From Gemmatimonadales bacterium (GTDB lineage: Bacteria; Gemmatimonadota; Gemmatimonadetes; Gemmatimonadales; GWC2-71-9): 64,000 nt of DNA. Below are positions 1 to 9,728 of this stretch, one piece after another. Position numbers and translations under genes: made by a program. Position 1 is the first letter of the stretch. Each line of letters opens with the position of its first letter. Location: positions 1-64,000 of the forward strand of contig JBDIWC010000019.1 in the NCBI GenBank assembly GCA_039794085.1, written 5' to 3'. The notes beneath the pieces were generated by a model that had not been told where the DNA came from, did no database searches, and saw nothing but the letters and a program-made list of their open reading frames with translations.

Positions 1-91
1 AATGATGGGATTCACCGGTCGGTGCAGAATGATCCCCGCCATGGCGATGATTCTCGGCTGTTCCCTGCCGGCCATCCGGAGTGATCACACG

Positions 92-517
92 ATGTCGTCC
101 GAGAGAACCCTGAACCAGGGGACCGTCGAAATCAGCGAGGTGCACCGGTTCTTCCAGGAGTGGTTTCGGGGGGAGCGAGCCGAGTCGGACTTTGCCCGCC
201 TTGAGGAGGCACTGGATTCGGGGTTCGTCATTATCGGTCCGGGGGGGCGGGCGCTCGACCGCGGGACGATCCTCGAAGCGGTACGCGGCCAGCACGGAGC
301 CGACCCCGAGGCTGTGATCGAGGTTCGAAACGTCGTGCTGAGGATGGAGACGGAGACGATCGCCGTCTTCACCTACGAGGAGTGGCAGCGGCAGCCGGAC
401 GGAGCGATGCGGGGGCGGCTGAGCACGGTGGTCTTTGCGCGGGAGGCCCGGGCTCCGAACGGACTCCGGTGGCGCCACGTGCACGAGACGTGGTTGCCGA
501 CGACAGCCTCACGGTGA
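92..517 (+). CDS. DUF4440 / NTF2-like (SnoaL-like) protein
   Basis: ATG at 92 after GGAG; 'HRFFQEWFRG...STVVF...WRHVHETW' is typical of this family. Confidence 0.75.
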   Translation: MSSERTLNQGTVEISEVHRFFQEWFRGERAESDFARLEEALDSGFVIIGPGGRALDRGTILEAVRGQHGADPEAVIEVRNVVLRMETETIAVFTYEEWQRQPDGAMRGRLSTVVFAREARAPNGLRWRHVHETWLPTTASR

Positions 518-563
518 ACCGCGTCGACGCCGACGAAAGCCGTGACGGCATGGAGCTACGCCG

Positions 564-3260
564 TCAGTCGCTGCGCAGGGCCGCGTTGGGGTCCGCCCGG
601 GTGGCCCGCAGGGCCGGGATCGCGCTCGACGCCAACGCCACACCCACCAACACCGCCGCGACCGATCCATAGATCACAGGGTCGGTGGCGGACTGCCGAA
701 AGAGCAGCGGCTGGATCCACCGCGCCCCGAGCAGGGCCAGCCCGATTCCGAGGAGGGTGCCGACCCCGGCAAGACGGACCGACTGCCCGATAACGAGTCG
801 CACCAGGTGCGCCGCCCGGGCGCCAAGCGCACTCCGGATCCCGAGCTCATGCATCCGCTGCGCCACGGAGTACGCGATCACCCCGTAGAGCCCCACCGCG
901 GCGACCAGCAGGGCCAGACCACCGAATGCCGCGAACAGGGTGGCCCCCACCCGCCAGGCGCGCTGCTCGCCGTCAATCACCCCGTCGAACGGCTGCACGG
1001 TGACATACCCGTTGCCCGGTATCTCCTCCTGGAGGGCGGCCCGCAGTGCCTCGGCGTGAGCCTCGGGATCGGTTGTGACACGAATCAGCAGGGCGTCAGG
1101 GGGCCCGGTGTCCGCTTGATACATCGGCAGGTAGTACTTGTACTGCTGGGTCTCTGTCAGGCTGTTCTGGAAGGAGTTCTCTGCGACCCCCACCACGGTG
1201 GTGCAGGGCATGGTGTCCGCGCCGACGTACATGCACTGGCCGAGGGCCTCGCGACCGGGCCAGAGGACCGCCGCCATCGCCTCGCTCACGACGGCCACGC
1301 GGGGAGCCCCCTCCCGGTCGGTCTCCTCCAAGGGTCTGCCGCGCAGGATCCGGGTGCCCATGGTCTCGAAGTAGTCTGAGGTGACAGTCTGATAGGGGAA
1401 GCGGCCGAGTCGACGCACCGAATCGATGCCCGGCACACGGAGGGACATCACGTTCTCGCTCCAGAACGGGATGCCCTGGGCGAGTGCCGCGGACTCGACT
1501 CCAGGGAAGGCTGCCGAGGCGACGATCAGGCGCTCTCCGAGGGCACGGACCTCAGCGGGCTTCAGGGCTGCTCCGCGGAGGTTGGTTACGGCCGCCAGAA
1601 TCCGCTCCGGATCATATCCGAGGCGCATCGACCGGACCTCGTCGAGGCTCCGGACAAAGAGCCCGGCCCCGATGAGCAACACCACGGAGAGGGTGGTCTG
1701 AAACACCAGCAGTCCGGTCCGGATGCCCGATCGGCGACCCCCACCGTCCCGAATGCCGGACTTGAGGCTGCCGGTGAGATCTCCGCGCCCCGCCGCCAGG
1801 CTGGATCCGACGCCCGTGGCCATGCCCGCCACGAGGGTGACCGCGGCGGCCAGGCCCAAGGTGCGCCAGTCGGTGACCACGTCCAAGGCACCCGCCTCGG
1901 CGTAGAGTCCGCGAAGCGCCGCACCACCCCACTGCGCCAGGGCCACGCCGGCCACGCCACCCAGCAGGGCCAGAAGGATGCTTTCGGTGACGGTCTGGGC
2001 GAGCAATCGTCCGTAACTAACGCCGAGTGCCTTGCGGACTGCTGTCTCCCGGCGTCGACTCACCGCGCGGGCCAGCATCAGGTTGATCACGTTGGCACAG
2101 GCGATGAGGAGCACGACCACCGCCACGCCCGTGACCCAGAGCAAGGTTTTGGACTCGAGCCCGGCCGACGGGCCTGCCGTCACTCTCACCGGGCCGGCGA
2201 TGGCCACCGGTCGTGCCGTTTCCGTCGGAGGCGTGCCGGGTGACAGCTCTCGCTTGGCGTTCCAGCTGCGAACGTACGCGGTGGAGAGGTCAGCGGACGC
2301 CTCCGCCGTGCTCACTCTCGGGTTGCGGCGCACCAGAATCGACATCCAGCCCCAGTTGTATCCCGTGGCATAGTCGCGTCGGTCGTTGTTCTGGGCCTGG
2401 GAGCCTGCGTAGGTCGTGATCGGGATGAAGAGATCGGGTGCCTCTCCCTCGGCAACTCCGACGAACCCCCGCGGGGCCACGCCGATGATCTGATAGTCGA
2501 GGTTCTGGATCCGGAGCATCTCTCCCACCACGTCCCTTCCCCCAAACCCACTCTGCCAGTAGTCGTATCCAAGCACTGCCACCGGCGCCCCCATCGGCGT
2601 CGTGTCCTCTGCCGGCCCGAAAAACCGACCCGCAACGGGCTGCGCATCGAAGAAGCTGAAGAAGGTCCCGCTGACGGTGGCCACGGGGCGCTCGCGCGTC
2701 TCGGAGCCTGTACCCACGGGGAGCGTGAGAGAGCGGAATCCCGCATGCTGGGAAAACGACGACGTCCATCGTGCCAGATCAAGGTAGCGAGTGTATTCGT
2801 GGCTTCGGGCATTCAGGATCGTTTCGCCCTGGAAGGTGTACTGGAGGTACACCCGGTTCACCTCCGAGGGCGCGCGGAGAAAGGGATGGGGGCGGAACAT
2901 CAACCGGTCGATGAGACCGAACATCGCCGCGTTGGCGCCGATGCCCAGGCCGAGTGTCAGGACCACGGTCAGGGTGAAGGCGGGGGCGCGGCGGAGCCCT
3001 CGGAGCGTGTGGTGGGTGTCTTGGAGAAGGTGTTCGAGCCAGGGCCACGACCACCGGTCCCGCGCCTCCTCCCGGATCCGGGTCACGTTGCCGAGACGGC
3101 GCCGAGACGCCGTCTGCGCTCCAACGGAATCCGGGGTGGCCGCTGCGGCCTCCTCGGCTTCCAGCAGGTCCGCATGAAACCGCAACTCCTCCCGCAGTTC
3201 GGCGTCGAGCCGATCGCGGCGGAACCAATCGTGCAGCCGGGCCCACCATTCACGCAGCAT
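564..3260 (-). CDS. ADOP-family duplicated ABC permease (MacB/FtsX domains)
   Basis: 898 aa; 'RLDAELREELRFH', 'TLGLGIGANAAMF', 'LLIACANVINL', 'ELGIRSALGA', C-terminal 'ADPNAALRSD'. Confidence 0.93.
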   Translation of the reverse strand: MLREWWARLHDWFRRDRLDAELREELRFHADLLEAEEAAAATPDSVGAQTASRRRLGNVTRIREEARDRWSWPWLEHLLQDTHHTLRGLRRAPAFTLTVVLTLGLGIGANAAMFGLIDRLMFRPHPFLRAPSEVNRVYLQYTFQGETILNARSHEYTRYLDLARWTSSFSQHAGFRSLTLPVGTGSETRERPVATVSGTFFSFFDAQPVAGRFFGPAEDTTPMGAPVAVLGYDYWQSGFGGRDVVGEMLRIQNLDYQIIGVAPRGFVGVAEGEAPDLFIPITTYAGSQAQNNDRRDYATGYNWGWMSILVRRNPRVSTAEASADLSTAYVRSWNAKRELSPGTPPTETARPVAIAGPVRVTAGPSAGLESKTLLWVTGVAVVVLLIACANVINLMLARAVSRRRETAVRKALGVSYGRLLAQTVTESILLALLGGVAGVALAQWGGAALRGLYAEAGALDVVTDWRTLGLAAAVTLVAGMATGVGSSLAAGRGDLTGSLKSGIRDGGGRRSGIRTGLLVFQTTLSVVLLIGAGLFVRSLDEVRSMRLGYDPERILAAVTNLRGAALKPAEVRALGERLIVASAAFPGVESAALAQGIPFWSENVMSLRVPGIDSVRRLGRFPYQTVTSDYFETMGTRILRGRPLEETDREGAPRVAVVSEAMAAVLWPGREALGQCMYVGADTMPCTTVVGVAENSFQNSLTETQQYKYYLPMYQADTGPPDALLIRVTTDPEAHAEALRAALQEEIPGNGYVTVQPFDGVIDGEQRAWRVGATLFAAFGGLALLVAAVGLYGVIAYSVAQRMHELGIRSALGARAAHLVRLVIGQSVRLAGVGTLLGIGLALLGARWIQPLLFRQSATDPVIYGSVAAVLVGVALASSAIPALRATRADPNAALRSD

Positions 3261-3284
3261 GAAACACCTCCGATGGTCGGCCGG

Positions 3285-3620
3285 TCAGGCCGGCTTCAGA
3301 ATCCTGTGGATCGCATCCACCAGCTCGGCGAACCCTGCCTCGGCCTGACCCAGATGCCTGCGGCCCGCGGCGGTGATGGTGTAGTAACGGGCCCGCTGGT
3401 TGTTGGGCGTTGTGCCCCAGGCTCCGGTGACCCACCCCTTCTGGCGCAACCGCTGGAGCGCCGGGTAGAGAGACCCCTCCTCCACCTGGATCACCTCCTC
3501 GGAGATCTGCCGGAGGTGCCGGGCGATGCCGTACCCGTGCATCGGCTGGAGGGTCAGGGTGCGCAGGATCAGCATGTCGAGCGTGCCGGGGAGGAGGTCA
3601 CGGCGTGGAGTCGATGCCAT
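3285..3620 (-). CDS. PadR-family transcriptional regulator (acidobacterial type)
   Basis: 'LLPGTLDMLILRTL..MHGYGIA..VEEGSLYPALQRL..RARYY'; directly upstream of the ADOP permease. Confidence 0.93.
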   Translation of the reverse strand: MASTPRRDLLPGTLDMLILRTLTLQPMHGYGIARHLRQISEEVIQVEEGSLYPALQRLRQKGWVTGAWGTTPNNQRARYYTITAAGRRHLGQAEAGFAELVDAIHRILKPA

Positions 3621-3655
3621 GGGGTGAGGATACAGTCTATCTAGGGGATAGTCAA
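3621..3655 (-). promoter_or_regulatory. Leaderless sigma70 promoter of padR with a palindromic operator
   Basis: Minus strand TTGACT-17 nt-TATCCT-6 nt-ATG; CTATC-N5-GATAG palindrome next to and overlapping the -35. Confidence 0.6.
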
Positions 3656-3720
3656 TCTATGTCTCCAAACCCGGCCGCTCGTCCCACCGCCGGGTCTCGC
3701 ATGGGAAAACAACAGCTGTG

Positions 3721-3905
3721 ACATGGATGGACAGGATGAACAGGATGCGACTCACCCCTGTCACGCGACTCTTCCTGGGTCGGGCCCGCCGAGCCTACGC
3801 GAGGACAGCGACTCAGGCGGAGCTGCGAGAGGAAAGCAAATCAACCATTCGTGCCTTTTCGTGGTTACAGTCCACCTTCATCCTGTTCATCCTGTCCATC
3901 CATGT
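3721..3905. repeat. Perfect 27-bp inverted-repeat shell (MITE-like)
   Basis: acatggatggacaggatgaacaggatg (3721-3747) and its exact reverse complement (3879-3905); half-copies at ~7459 and ~33618. Confidence 0.85.
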
Positions 3906-3918
3906 TCCCATTTCTGCA

Positions 3919-4275
3919 CTAGCGCTCGGACCACACGGCCAGTTCGTACCCGTTCGGATCGGCGAAGTGGAACCGCCGTCCCCCCGGAAAGGCGAACGGT
4001 TCCGTGGTGATCCGTCCTCCCGCCTTCCTCACCCCGGCCAGGGTGGCCTCGAGATCCCGGGAGTACAGGATCACCAGGGGGCCGCCCCCCGCCGGGGCCT
4101 CCGCCTGCAGGCGGAACCCGCCCGCTTCCCCGTCCCCCTTCCGGATTCCCGCGTACTCCGGGCCGTAATCCGTGAACTCCCAGCCGAACGCCGCGGAATA
4201 GAACCGCTTTGACTCGGCCATGTCGGTCGCGGCAAATTCGATGTAATCGATGGTGTGGTGTACGTGTGATGACAT
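3919..4275 (-). CDS. VOC / glyoxalase family protein
   Basis: 'IDYIEF..KRFYSAAFGWEFTDYGPEY..FPGGRRFHFADPNGYELAVWS'. Confidence 0.92.
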   Translation of the reverse strand: MSSHVHHTIDYIEFAATDMAESKRFYSAAFGWEFTDYGPEYAGIRKGDGEAGGFRLQAEAPAGGGPLVILYSRDLEATLAGVRKAGGRITTEPFAFPGGRRFHFADPNGYELAVWSER

Positions 4276-4308
4276 GTGGGGATCTCCTGAAAGATCGGAT
4301 CGAGTCGG

Positions 4309-4692
4309 TCAATCGGCGCTCCGCCGCCACCGCTCCGCAGTCAAGTGCTCCAACTGCTTGTAGTACATGGCATTGGGGTCTTCGGGCGGTTCGTCCCCGC
4401 TCAGCAGAGTGTGCATGTGGTCCACCAGTACCCAGGCGATGGCATGGAGGGCGTCGTGGCGATCCAACCCCTCGTTCTGGAGCCGGATGAGGGTGGCGGC
4501 GACAGGAATCTCCTGGCCGATCGCGATCTGGTTCTCCACGGTGACATGCAGCGTGGCGTGCAGAAATGAATCCGGCAACTCAACACCGGCGTCCTCGTGA
4601 TACGCCGTCACCAGGTCGATCGTCTCGAGTTCGCTGAGCTCCTGCCACTCGGCCGGGTCGGGCGCAACCATCGGATCGTACGATTCGATCAT
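4309..4692 (-). CDS. Conserved hypothetical protein (DUF1841-like)
   Basis: 'YDP..APDPAEW..LHVTVENQIA..GLDRHDALHAI'; good coding composition. Confidence 0.7.
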   Translation of the reverse strand: MIESYDPMVAPDPAEWQELSELETIDLVTAYHEDAGVELPDSFLHATLHVTVENQIAIGQEIPVAATLIRLQNEGLDRHDALHAIAWVLVDHMHTLLSGDEPPEDPNAMYYKQLEHLTAERWRRSAD

Positions 4693-4783
4693 GGGTCATC
4701 ACCTGGGGAACGGTGCACCGATGGGCTTCCTTCCGAATGTATGCCAGGCGGTAGGCGGTAGGCAAACGACGGGAAAGAGGTAG

Positions 4784-4980
4784 TAGTCCCTCACGGGCAG
4801 GATTGAACGCAAGCCGACAACAATATTGTGGGCGACGGCTGGAAACCCACACCGGCGGCCCGCGGGCCGCCGCGGGTTGGCAGGGAAGGCCGTGTACGGG
4901 CCGTTCGCGAACGGCCCGTACACGCCGGCAAATTGGCCCAAGGGTCGTGAACCCCTTCGGTTCCGGCTCTGCCGGGTTAG
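4784..4980. mobile_element. MITE-like element (TAGTCCC...GGTTCCGGCTCTGCCGGGTTAG) carrying a GTAC-type REP hairpin
   Basis: Both ends are shared with 23998-24346 and the left end with 25315; internal palindrome gtgtacgggccgttcgcgaacggcccgtacac. Confidence 0.55.
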
Positions 4981-5070
4981 GGAGTAGGGAGTAGGGAATT
5001 ATGCCCAAGACCCAACACCCAATACCCAATACCCCGCTCCATTCCCGGACGCCCTCCGGGGAATGGGACA

Positions 5071-6297
5071 TCACGGACCGGTCGCACTCCGCAGGATGTC
5101 CAGCATCTCGGACGCCCATTCTGCGATCTCCGCACCCTGAACGTTCGTCAGAAGAATGAGGCCGATTCCCCGTGGAAGGTCAAGAGCGAGATAGGCATTC
5201 TGTTCGGGTGCCTCTCCTCCCTCACGCACCACGTGGCCGTCGCTCGACGTGTCGACCCTCCATCCGAAGCCGGCTCCCCCACCGGCCGAATCCCGGGCAA
5301 ACTGCACGCGGTGCATGGCGAAGACCGAACTGTCCGCCAGCAGAACCGGATCCTCCCCGTGGTAGGGCGCGAGCTGCATCACCAGAAAGCGACTCAGGTC
5401 CTCCACCGAGGAGACCAGGCCTCCCGCCGGCACGGCGAATCCCATGTCCCGGAAACCGATCGCCGGCGCGGACGGCGAGTCCCCGCGAGCGCGAGGGGGG
5501 AGAAACGTATCGGCGGGAGTGGGTTGAACCAGGGTGTGCATCATCCCCAGAGGAACCAGGAGCGAATCGCGGATGACGGTGGCGAAGGACGACCCCGTCA
5601 CCGCGGCGATGATCTCTCCGAGGATGCTGTACCCGAGGTTGGAAAACAAGTACCGGGTTCCGGGAGTCGCCTCGAGGACCTCCTCGGGCAGGGCGGCGAT
5701 CGCCTCACTGCGGCCCGGTTGAAAACGACGGGACAGATCGGCGAGGCGGCTGTCGCGGGGGAGGCCGCTCGTATGGGTCAGCAGGTGCCGTATCGTCACC
5801 GGAGTGTCACCCACATCTGCCCCGCGACCCACCCGGAACCAGGGAAGGTAGAGGCGCACGGGATCATCGAGATCGAGTGCGCCGGCGTCACGCAACTGCA
5901 GGATGGCGGTGGCCGTGAGGAGCCTGGTGACGGAGGCGATGCGAAATCGGGTGGCGGGAGTGACGGCGACGGAGTCACCCAGTCCCGCAACTCCATACCC
6001 CGCCGACCACGCCAGGGCGTCGCCGCAGACGATCCCCGCCGCCATTCCCGGGATCCCCTCCTCCCGAGCCCACTGGGTGAGGCTCGAATCGATCTTCGCC
6101 AGCGCCGCGGCCTGGCGCGGTGTTCCCGGGGTGCAGGCGACGGCGGACTCGAGCGCCGGGGTGAGAGGCCTGGCGGAGATGTCTCCCTCGGGCGAGCACG
6201 CCACTCCTCCCAGGAGGAAGGCGCTGATGAGAGTTTCTCCCAAGCCTCGACGCACTGCGGCTCCTGGACCAAGGGAGGGTGACCCCGTTGCGGACAT
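5071..6297 (-). CDS. Serine hydrolase / beta-lactamase-related (class C/AmpC-like) lipoprotein with degenerate catalytic motifs
   Basis: 'IPGMAAGIV', 'FRIASVTR', 'TIRHLLTHTSGL', 'FSNLGY', 'PAGGLVSSVEDL'. Confidence 0.85.
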   Translation of the reverse strand: MSATGSPSLGPGAAVRRGLGETLISAFLLGGVACSPEGDISARPLTPALESAVACTPGTPRQAAALAKIDSSLTQWAREEGIPGMAAGIVCGDALAWSAGYGVAGLGDSVAVTPATRFRIASVTRLLTATAILQLRDAGALDLDDPVRLYLPWFRVGRGADVGDTPVTIRHLLTHTSGLPRDSRLADLSRRFQPGRSEAIAALPEEVLEATPGTRYLFSNLGYSILGEIIAAVTGSSFATVIRDSLLVPLGMMHTLVQPTPADTFLPPRARGDSPSAPAIGFRDMGFAVPAGGLVSSVEDLSRFLVMQLAPYHGEDPVLLADSSVFAMHRVQFARDSAGGGAGFGWRVDTSSDGHVVREGGEAPEQNAYLALDLPRGIGLILLTNVQGAEIAEWASEMLDILRSATGP

Positions 6298-6514
6298 TCG
6301 TGCGCCCGATCGCAGGCCGACGACGGGGCCGCAGGTCACGACCGCGCAGGATGTTTCGGATCAGGGCAAAAATTGCCCGTTCAGGCCCCACCAGCAAGGG
6401 TGAGCCTGCGTGGTCACCTTCGAAACAGAGGCGTCCCACTTTGCAACGTTTCCGAAAATGTGCTACTCTTCCCGGGCAGGCTGGAGCATGTGACCCCCTA
6501 CCCGAGGAGGAACC

Positions 6515-6718
6515 ATGGCTGGACAGGGTTCGAGCGGCAACGTCATCGCCGCTCTCGCGAGCTTCTTCATTCCGGGACTCGGACAGCTGCTCCAGGGCCG
6601 GATCATCATGGCCGCCGTCATGTTCGTGCTGGCCAGCGTGCTCTGGGTCATTCTGCTCGGCTGGCTGGTCCACCTCTGGTCGATCGTGGATGCGGCCCTC
6701 TACAACCCCCGGGGCTGA
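6515..6718 (+). CDS. Small membrane protein
   Basis: GAGGAGG RBS; 'SFFIPGLGQLLQGR' followed by hydrophobic helices. Confidence 0.8.
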   Translation: MAGQGSSGNVIAALASFFIPGLGQLLQGRIIMAAVMFVLASVLWVILLGWLVHLWSIVDAALYNPRG

Positions 6719-6819
6719 CCGATGTGCCAGCTGATGGCGGCACCTGGGACTCAGAACGCGGAGGATCTCATTGATCATCACCCCCGCGGACGCGGGGATC
6801 CATCTATTTTGTGACTGCC

Positions 6820-7116
6820 ATGTCCCGCGCCTTCGTCAACGAGGACTCCTCCGGTCCCGACCCCCGGATCCGGTTCCCTCTCCCACCGCGGGATGATCCC
6901 TCCTTTCCTTCCGCCGCAGCCCGTGCCCTGCTGCAGGGAGCCCACGAGGGGGACTCGATGAGCGCCGAGGAGGCCACCGGGTTCCACTTCGGCGATCCCC
7001 GTCTGGTCGAGCAGGTCACCGCCCTCCTGCTCGAGGCGTGCGAGAGCGGCAACGACCGGATGGAACAGCTCGCCGAGCGGTTCCTCACCCGCGCCGGAGT
7101 GGAAATCGCCGAGTAG
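6820..7116 (+). CDS. Hypothetical protein (N-terminal MSRAFVNED resembles GreA-associated proteins)
   Basis: Clean ORF with GC3 bias. Confidence 0.6.
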   Translation: MSRAFVNEDSSGPDPRIRFPLPPRDDPSFPSAAARALLQGAHEGDSMSAEEATGFHFGDPRLVEQVTALLLEACESGNDRMEQLAERFLTRAGVEIAE

Positions 7117-7212
7117 CGCTGTTCCCCTTCAACTCGATATTATGGAGACGTTGATCAATCGGCGCGGACAGCGGATGCCCGTTATCCCCGCGCACGAGGG
7201 AATCCGTCTGGT

Positions 7213-7702
7213 CTCATCCGGGGTGTCACGCCTTCGTGTGGTTGGCTTTCGGAGCGAGGTGAGTGTCTCCGGGGGCCAGGCGGACGGAGAAATGGCCACA
7301 AGAAGCACAAAAGGCACAAGAAGCGCGGGATCCGCGGAGGGTGGCTCGCCCCCCACGCCGACTCGACTCAGGACCAGTCTGGGCAGGATTCAATTCAATT
7401 CAATTCGATCGAATCTGAATCGAAACAGCAGAGGAGATTACCGGGGACGGGTGGGGTCATCCTGTTCATCTTGTTGATCCTGTCAGAAGAAGGCCCTTCG
7501 ATAGGTGGTGAGAGTACATTTTTTCCGACAATCCTGCGTCTCCTGGCCGTCAGGTCAACAGAAGTGGAGAGTTCCGGTGCTCAGGTTGGCGGCATTGTGC
7601 TCTTGTGCTTTTTGTGCTTTTGTGGTTCGCCTTTCGGGGTGAGGGGAGGTGCTTAGCCTGAACATGGATCCATGCCAAATCCTGAGGAGCCTCAATGAGA
7701 AG
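7213..7702. repeat. Composite dispersed repeat; homologous to 29761-30138 and 48718-48976
   Basis: Shared left end ctcatccggg, ccacaagaagcacaaaaggcacaagaag arm, and right end catggayccatgccaaa..gagcctcawtgagaag (right end shared with the 29761 copy). Confidence 0.8.
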
Positions 7703-7754
7703 GGAGGTCCACTCCGTGGGGAACTCACGTGACGTTCCACAGGTGGCATCGTAG

Positions 7755-9512
7755 ATGAGTCCCATCGACTGGATCCTCGCCGCCGGTCTGCTCCTGGTGA
7801 GCTTCCTCCCGGCGCTCGCCGTGCGCCGCCGAGCCGCCTCGAGCACCGCGGAGTTCTTCACGTCGGGGCGGGCGGCCCCCTGGTGGCTCATCGGAGTGTC
7901 GATGGTGGCCACCACCTTCAGCACCGACACGCCGAACCTGGTCACCAACCTGGTGCGGGAAGGCGGAGTGGCCGCCAACTGGGCCTGGTGGGCCTTCCTC
8001 CTCACCGGAATGGCCACGGTCTTCTTCTACGCTCGGCTCTGGCGTCGCTCCGGGGTCCTCACCGATCTCGAGTTCTACGAACTGCGATACAGCGGCGCCC
8101 CGGCCCGCGCGGTGCGCGGCTTCCGGGCGGTCTATCTCGGGCTGATGTTCAACGTGGTCATCCTCGCCTCGGTCAACCTGGCCGCGATCAAGATCGCCAA
8201 TGTCCTGTTCGGCTGGCCCAGCGGAGTGACGCTCGCGGTCGGCGCGGTGGTGGCGGTCGCCGTCGCGTCCGTGGCGGGTCTCTGGGGTGTGCTGGTGACC
8301 GACTTCCTCCAGTTCGGCATCGCGATGACCGGCTCGGTGGTGGCGGCGGTCTTTGCCCTCCGGCAGCCGGCCGTGGGTGGACTGGACGGGCTCATCGCGC
8401 GGGTGGACCCGGCGATGCTCTCCCTCCTCCCTCCGACCGATGACTGGTCGCTTCTGGTGACGGTGCTCATCATTCCGCTCGCGGTGCAGTGGTGGGCTGT
8501 CTGGTACCCGGGATCGGAGCCGGGCGGAGGGAGCTACGTGGCCCAGCGGATGCTCGCCGCCCGCAGCGAGCGCGATGCCTTCCAGGGCACTCTCTTCTTC
8601 ACGGTGGCCCACTACGCGGTGCGCCCCTGGCCCTGGATCCTGGTGGCGCTCGCCTCGACCCTGGTCTATCCCGATCTGGCCGGCATGGCCCGTGAGCTCC
8701 CCTGGGTCGACTCCCGCCTCATCGGCCACGACATGGCCTATCCCGCCATGCTCCGCGTTCTCCCCGCCGGATGGCTCGGCCTCATGGTGGCGGGACTCGT
8801 CGCGGCCTACGTCTCCACCATCACCACCCAGCTCAACTGGGGGAGCTCCTACCTGGTGCACGACGGGTACCGGCGCTTCGTGGCACCCGACCGGACCGAG
8901 GAGCATTACGTGCGGATGGGCCGGTTGACCACGGTGGCGCTCATGCTGGTGGCGGCCCTCGTCACCCTGGTCCTGGACACGGCGCGGGAGACGTTCGACC
9001 TTCTCCTCTCGGTCGGGGCCGGCACCGGGCTGCTCTACCTGCTCCGCTGGTTCTGGTGGCGGATCAATGCCTGGAGCGAGATCACCGCCATGGTCGTGTC
9101 CTTTCTCCTGGCGCTCGGCTTCTTCGTGGCCGGCAAGATGGGGCACGCGCTCCCATCCCACGTGACGCTTCTCCTGTCGGTGGGCATCACCACGGTGGTC
9201 TGGGTGGGAGTCACCCTGTTCACCCGGCCGGCCGACGAGGAGACCCTGGACCGGTTCTACCGGTTGATCCGCCCCGCGGGTCCAGGCTGGGCTCCGGTCC
9301 GCACCCGCCTCCCCGGTGTAATCCCGACGGACGGAATCGCCAGTTCGCTCCTCGGGTGGGGGCTGGGGTGCCTTTTCGTCTACAGCGCCCTGTTTGCCAC
9401 GGGGAGCCTCCTGTATGGACGAATGGAGACGGGTGGCGTGCTCGCGGCGGTTGCGCTGGCGAGCGGGATCGGTTTGGTGCGGGTAATGAGGAGGGTAGGC
9501 GATAGGCGGTAG
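7755..9512 (+). CDS. Sodium:solute symporter (SSS) family protein
   Basis: 'PWWLIGVSMVATTFSTDTP', 'GGGSYVAQRMLAA', 'YLLRWFWWRINAWSEI'; many transmembrane helices. Confidence 0.93.
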   Translation: MSPIDWILAAGLLLVSFLPALAVRRRAASSTAEFFTSGRAAPWWLIGVSMVATTFSTDTPNLVTNLVREGGVAANWAWWAFLLTGMATVFFYARLWRRSGVLTDLEFYELRYSGAPARAVRGFRAVYLGLMFNVVILASVNLAAIKIANVLFGWPSGVTLAVGAVVAVAVASVAGLWGVLVTDFLQFGIAMTGSVVAAVFALRQPAVGGLDGLIARVDPAMLSLLPPTDDWSLLVTVLIIPLAVQWWAVWYPGSEPGGGSYVAQRMLAARSERDAFQGTLFFTVAHYAVRPWPWILVALASTLVYPDLAGMARELPWVDSRLIGHDMAYPAMLRVLPAGWLGLMVAGLVAAYVSTITTQLNWGSSYLVHDGYRRFVAPDRTEEHYVRMGRLTTVALMLVAALVTLVLDTARETFDLLLSVGAGTGLLYLLRWFWWRINAWSEITAMVVSFLLALGFFVAGKMGHALPSHVTLLLSVGITTVVWVGVTLFTRPADEETLDRFYRLIRPAGPGWAPVRTRLPGVIPTDGIASSLLGWGLGCLFVYSALFATGSLLYGRMETGGVLAAVALASGIGLVRVMRRVGDRR

Positions 9513-9728
9513 GCGGTAGGCGGTAAACGATACGGTAGGGAATAATAGGGAGTAGGGAGTCGGGAATGGCGAGCAGGGAATTGGGAACAGCAAATGCCGT
9601 CATTGCGAGGAGGCGAAGCCGACGACGCAATCTCGTGAGCCCATGCCGGCCCGGGGAGACGTCACGTCGGCCTTCATGCCGACACTGGACCTCGGCGCAC
9701 GCCGGGGTCCATATGTTGGGGTCTCACG

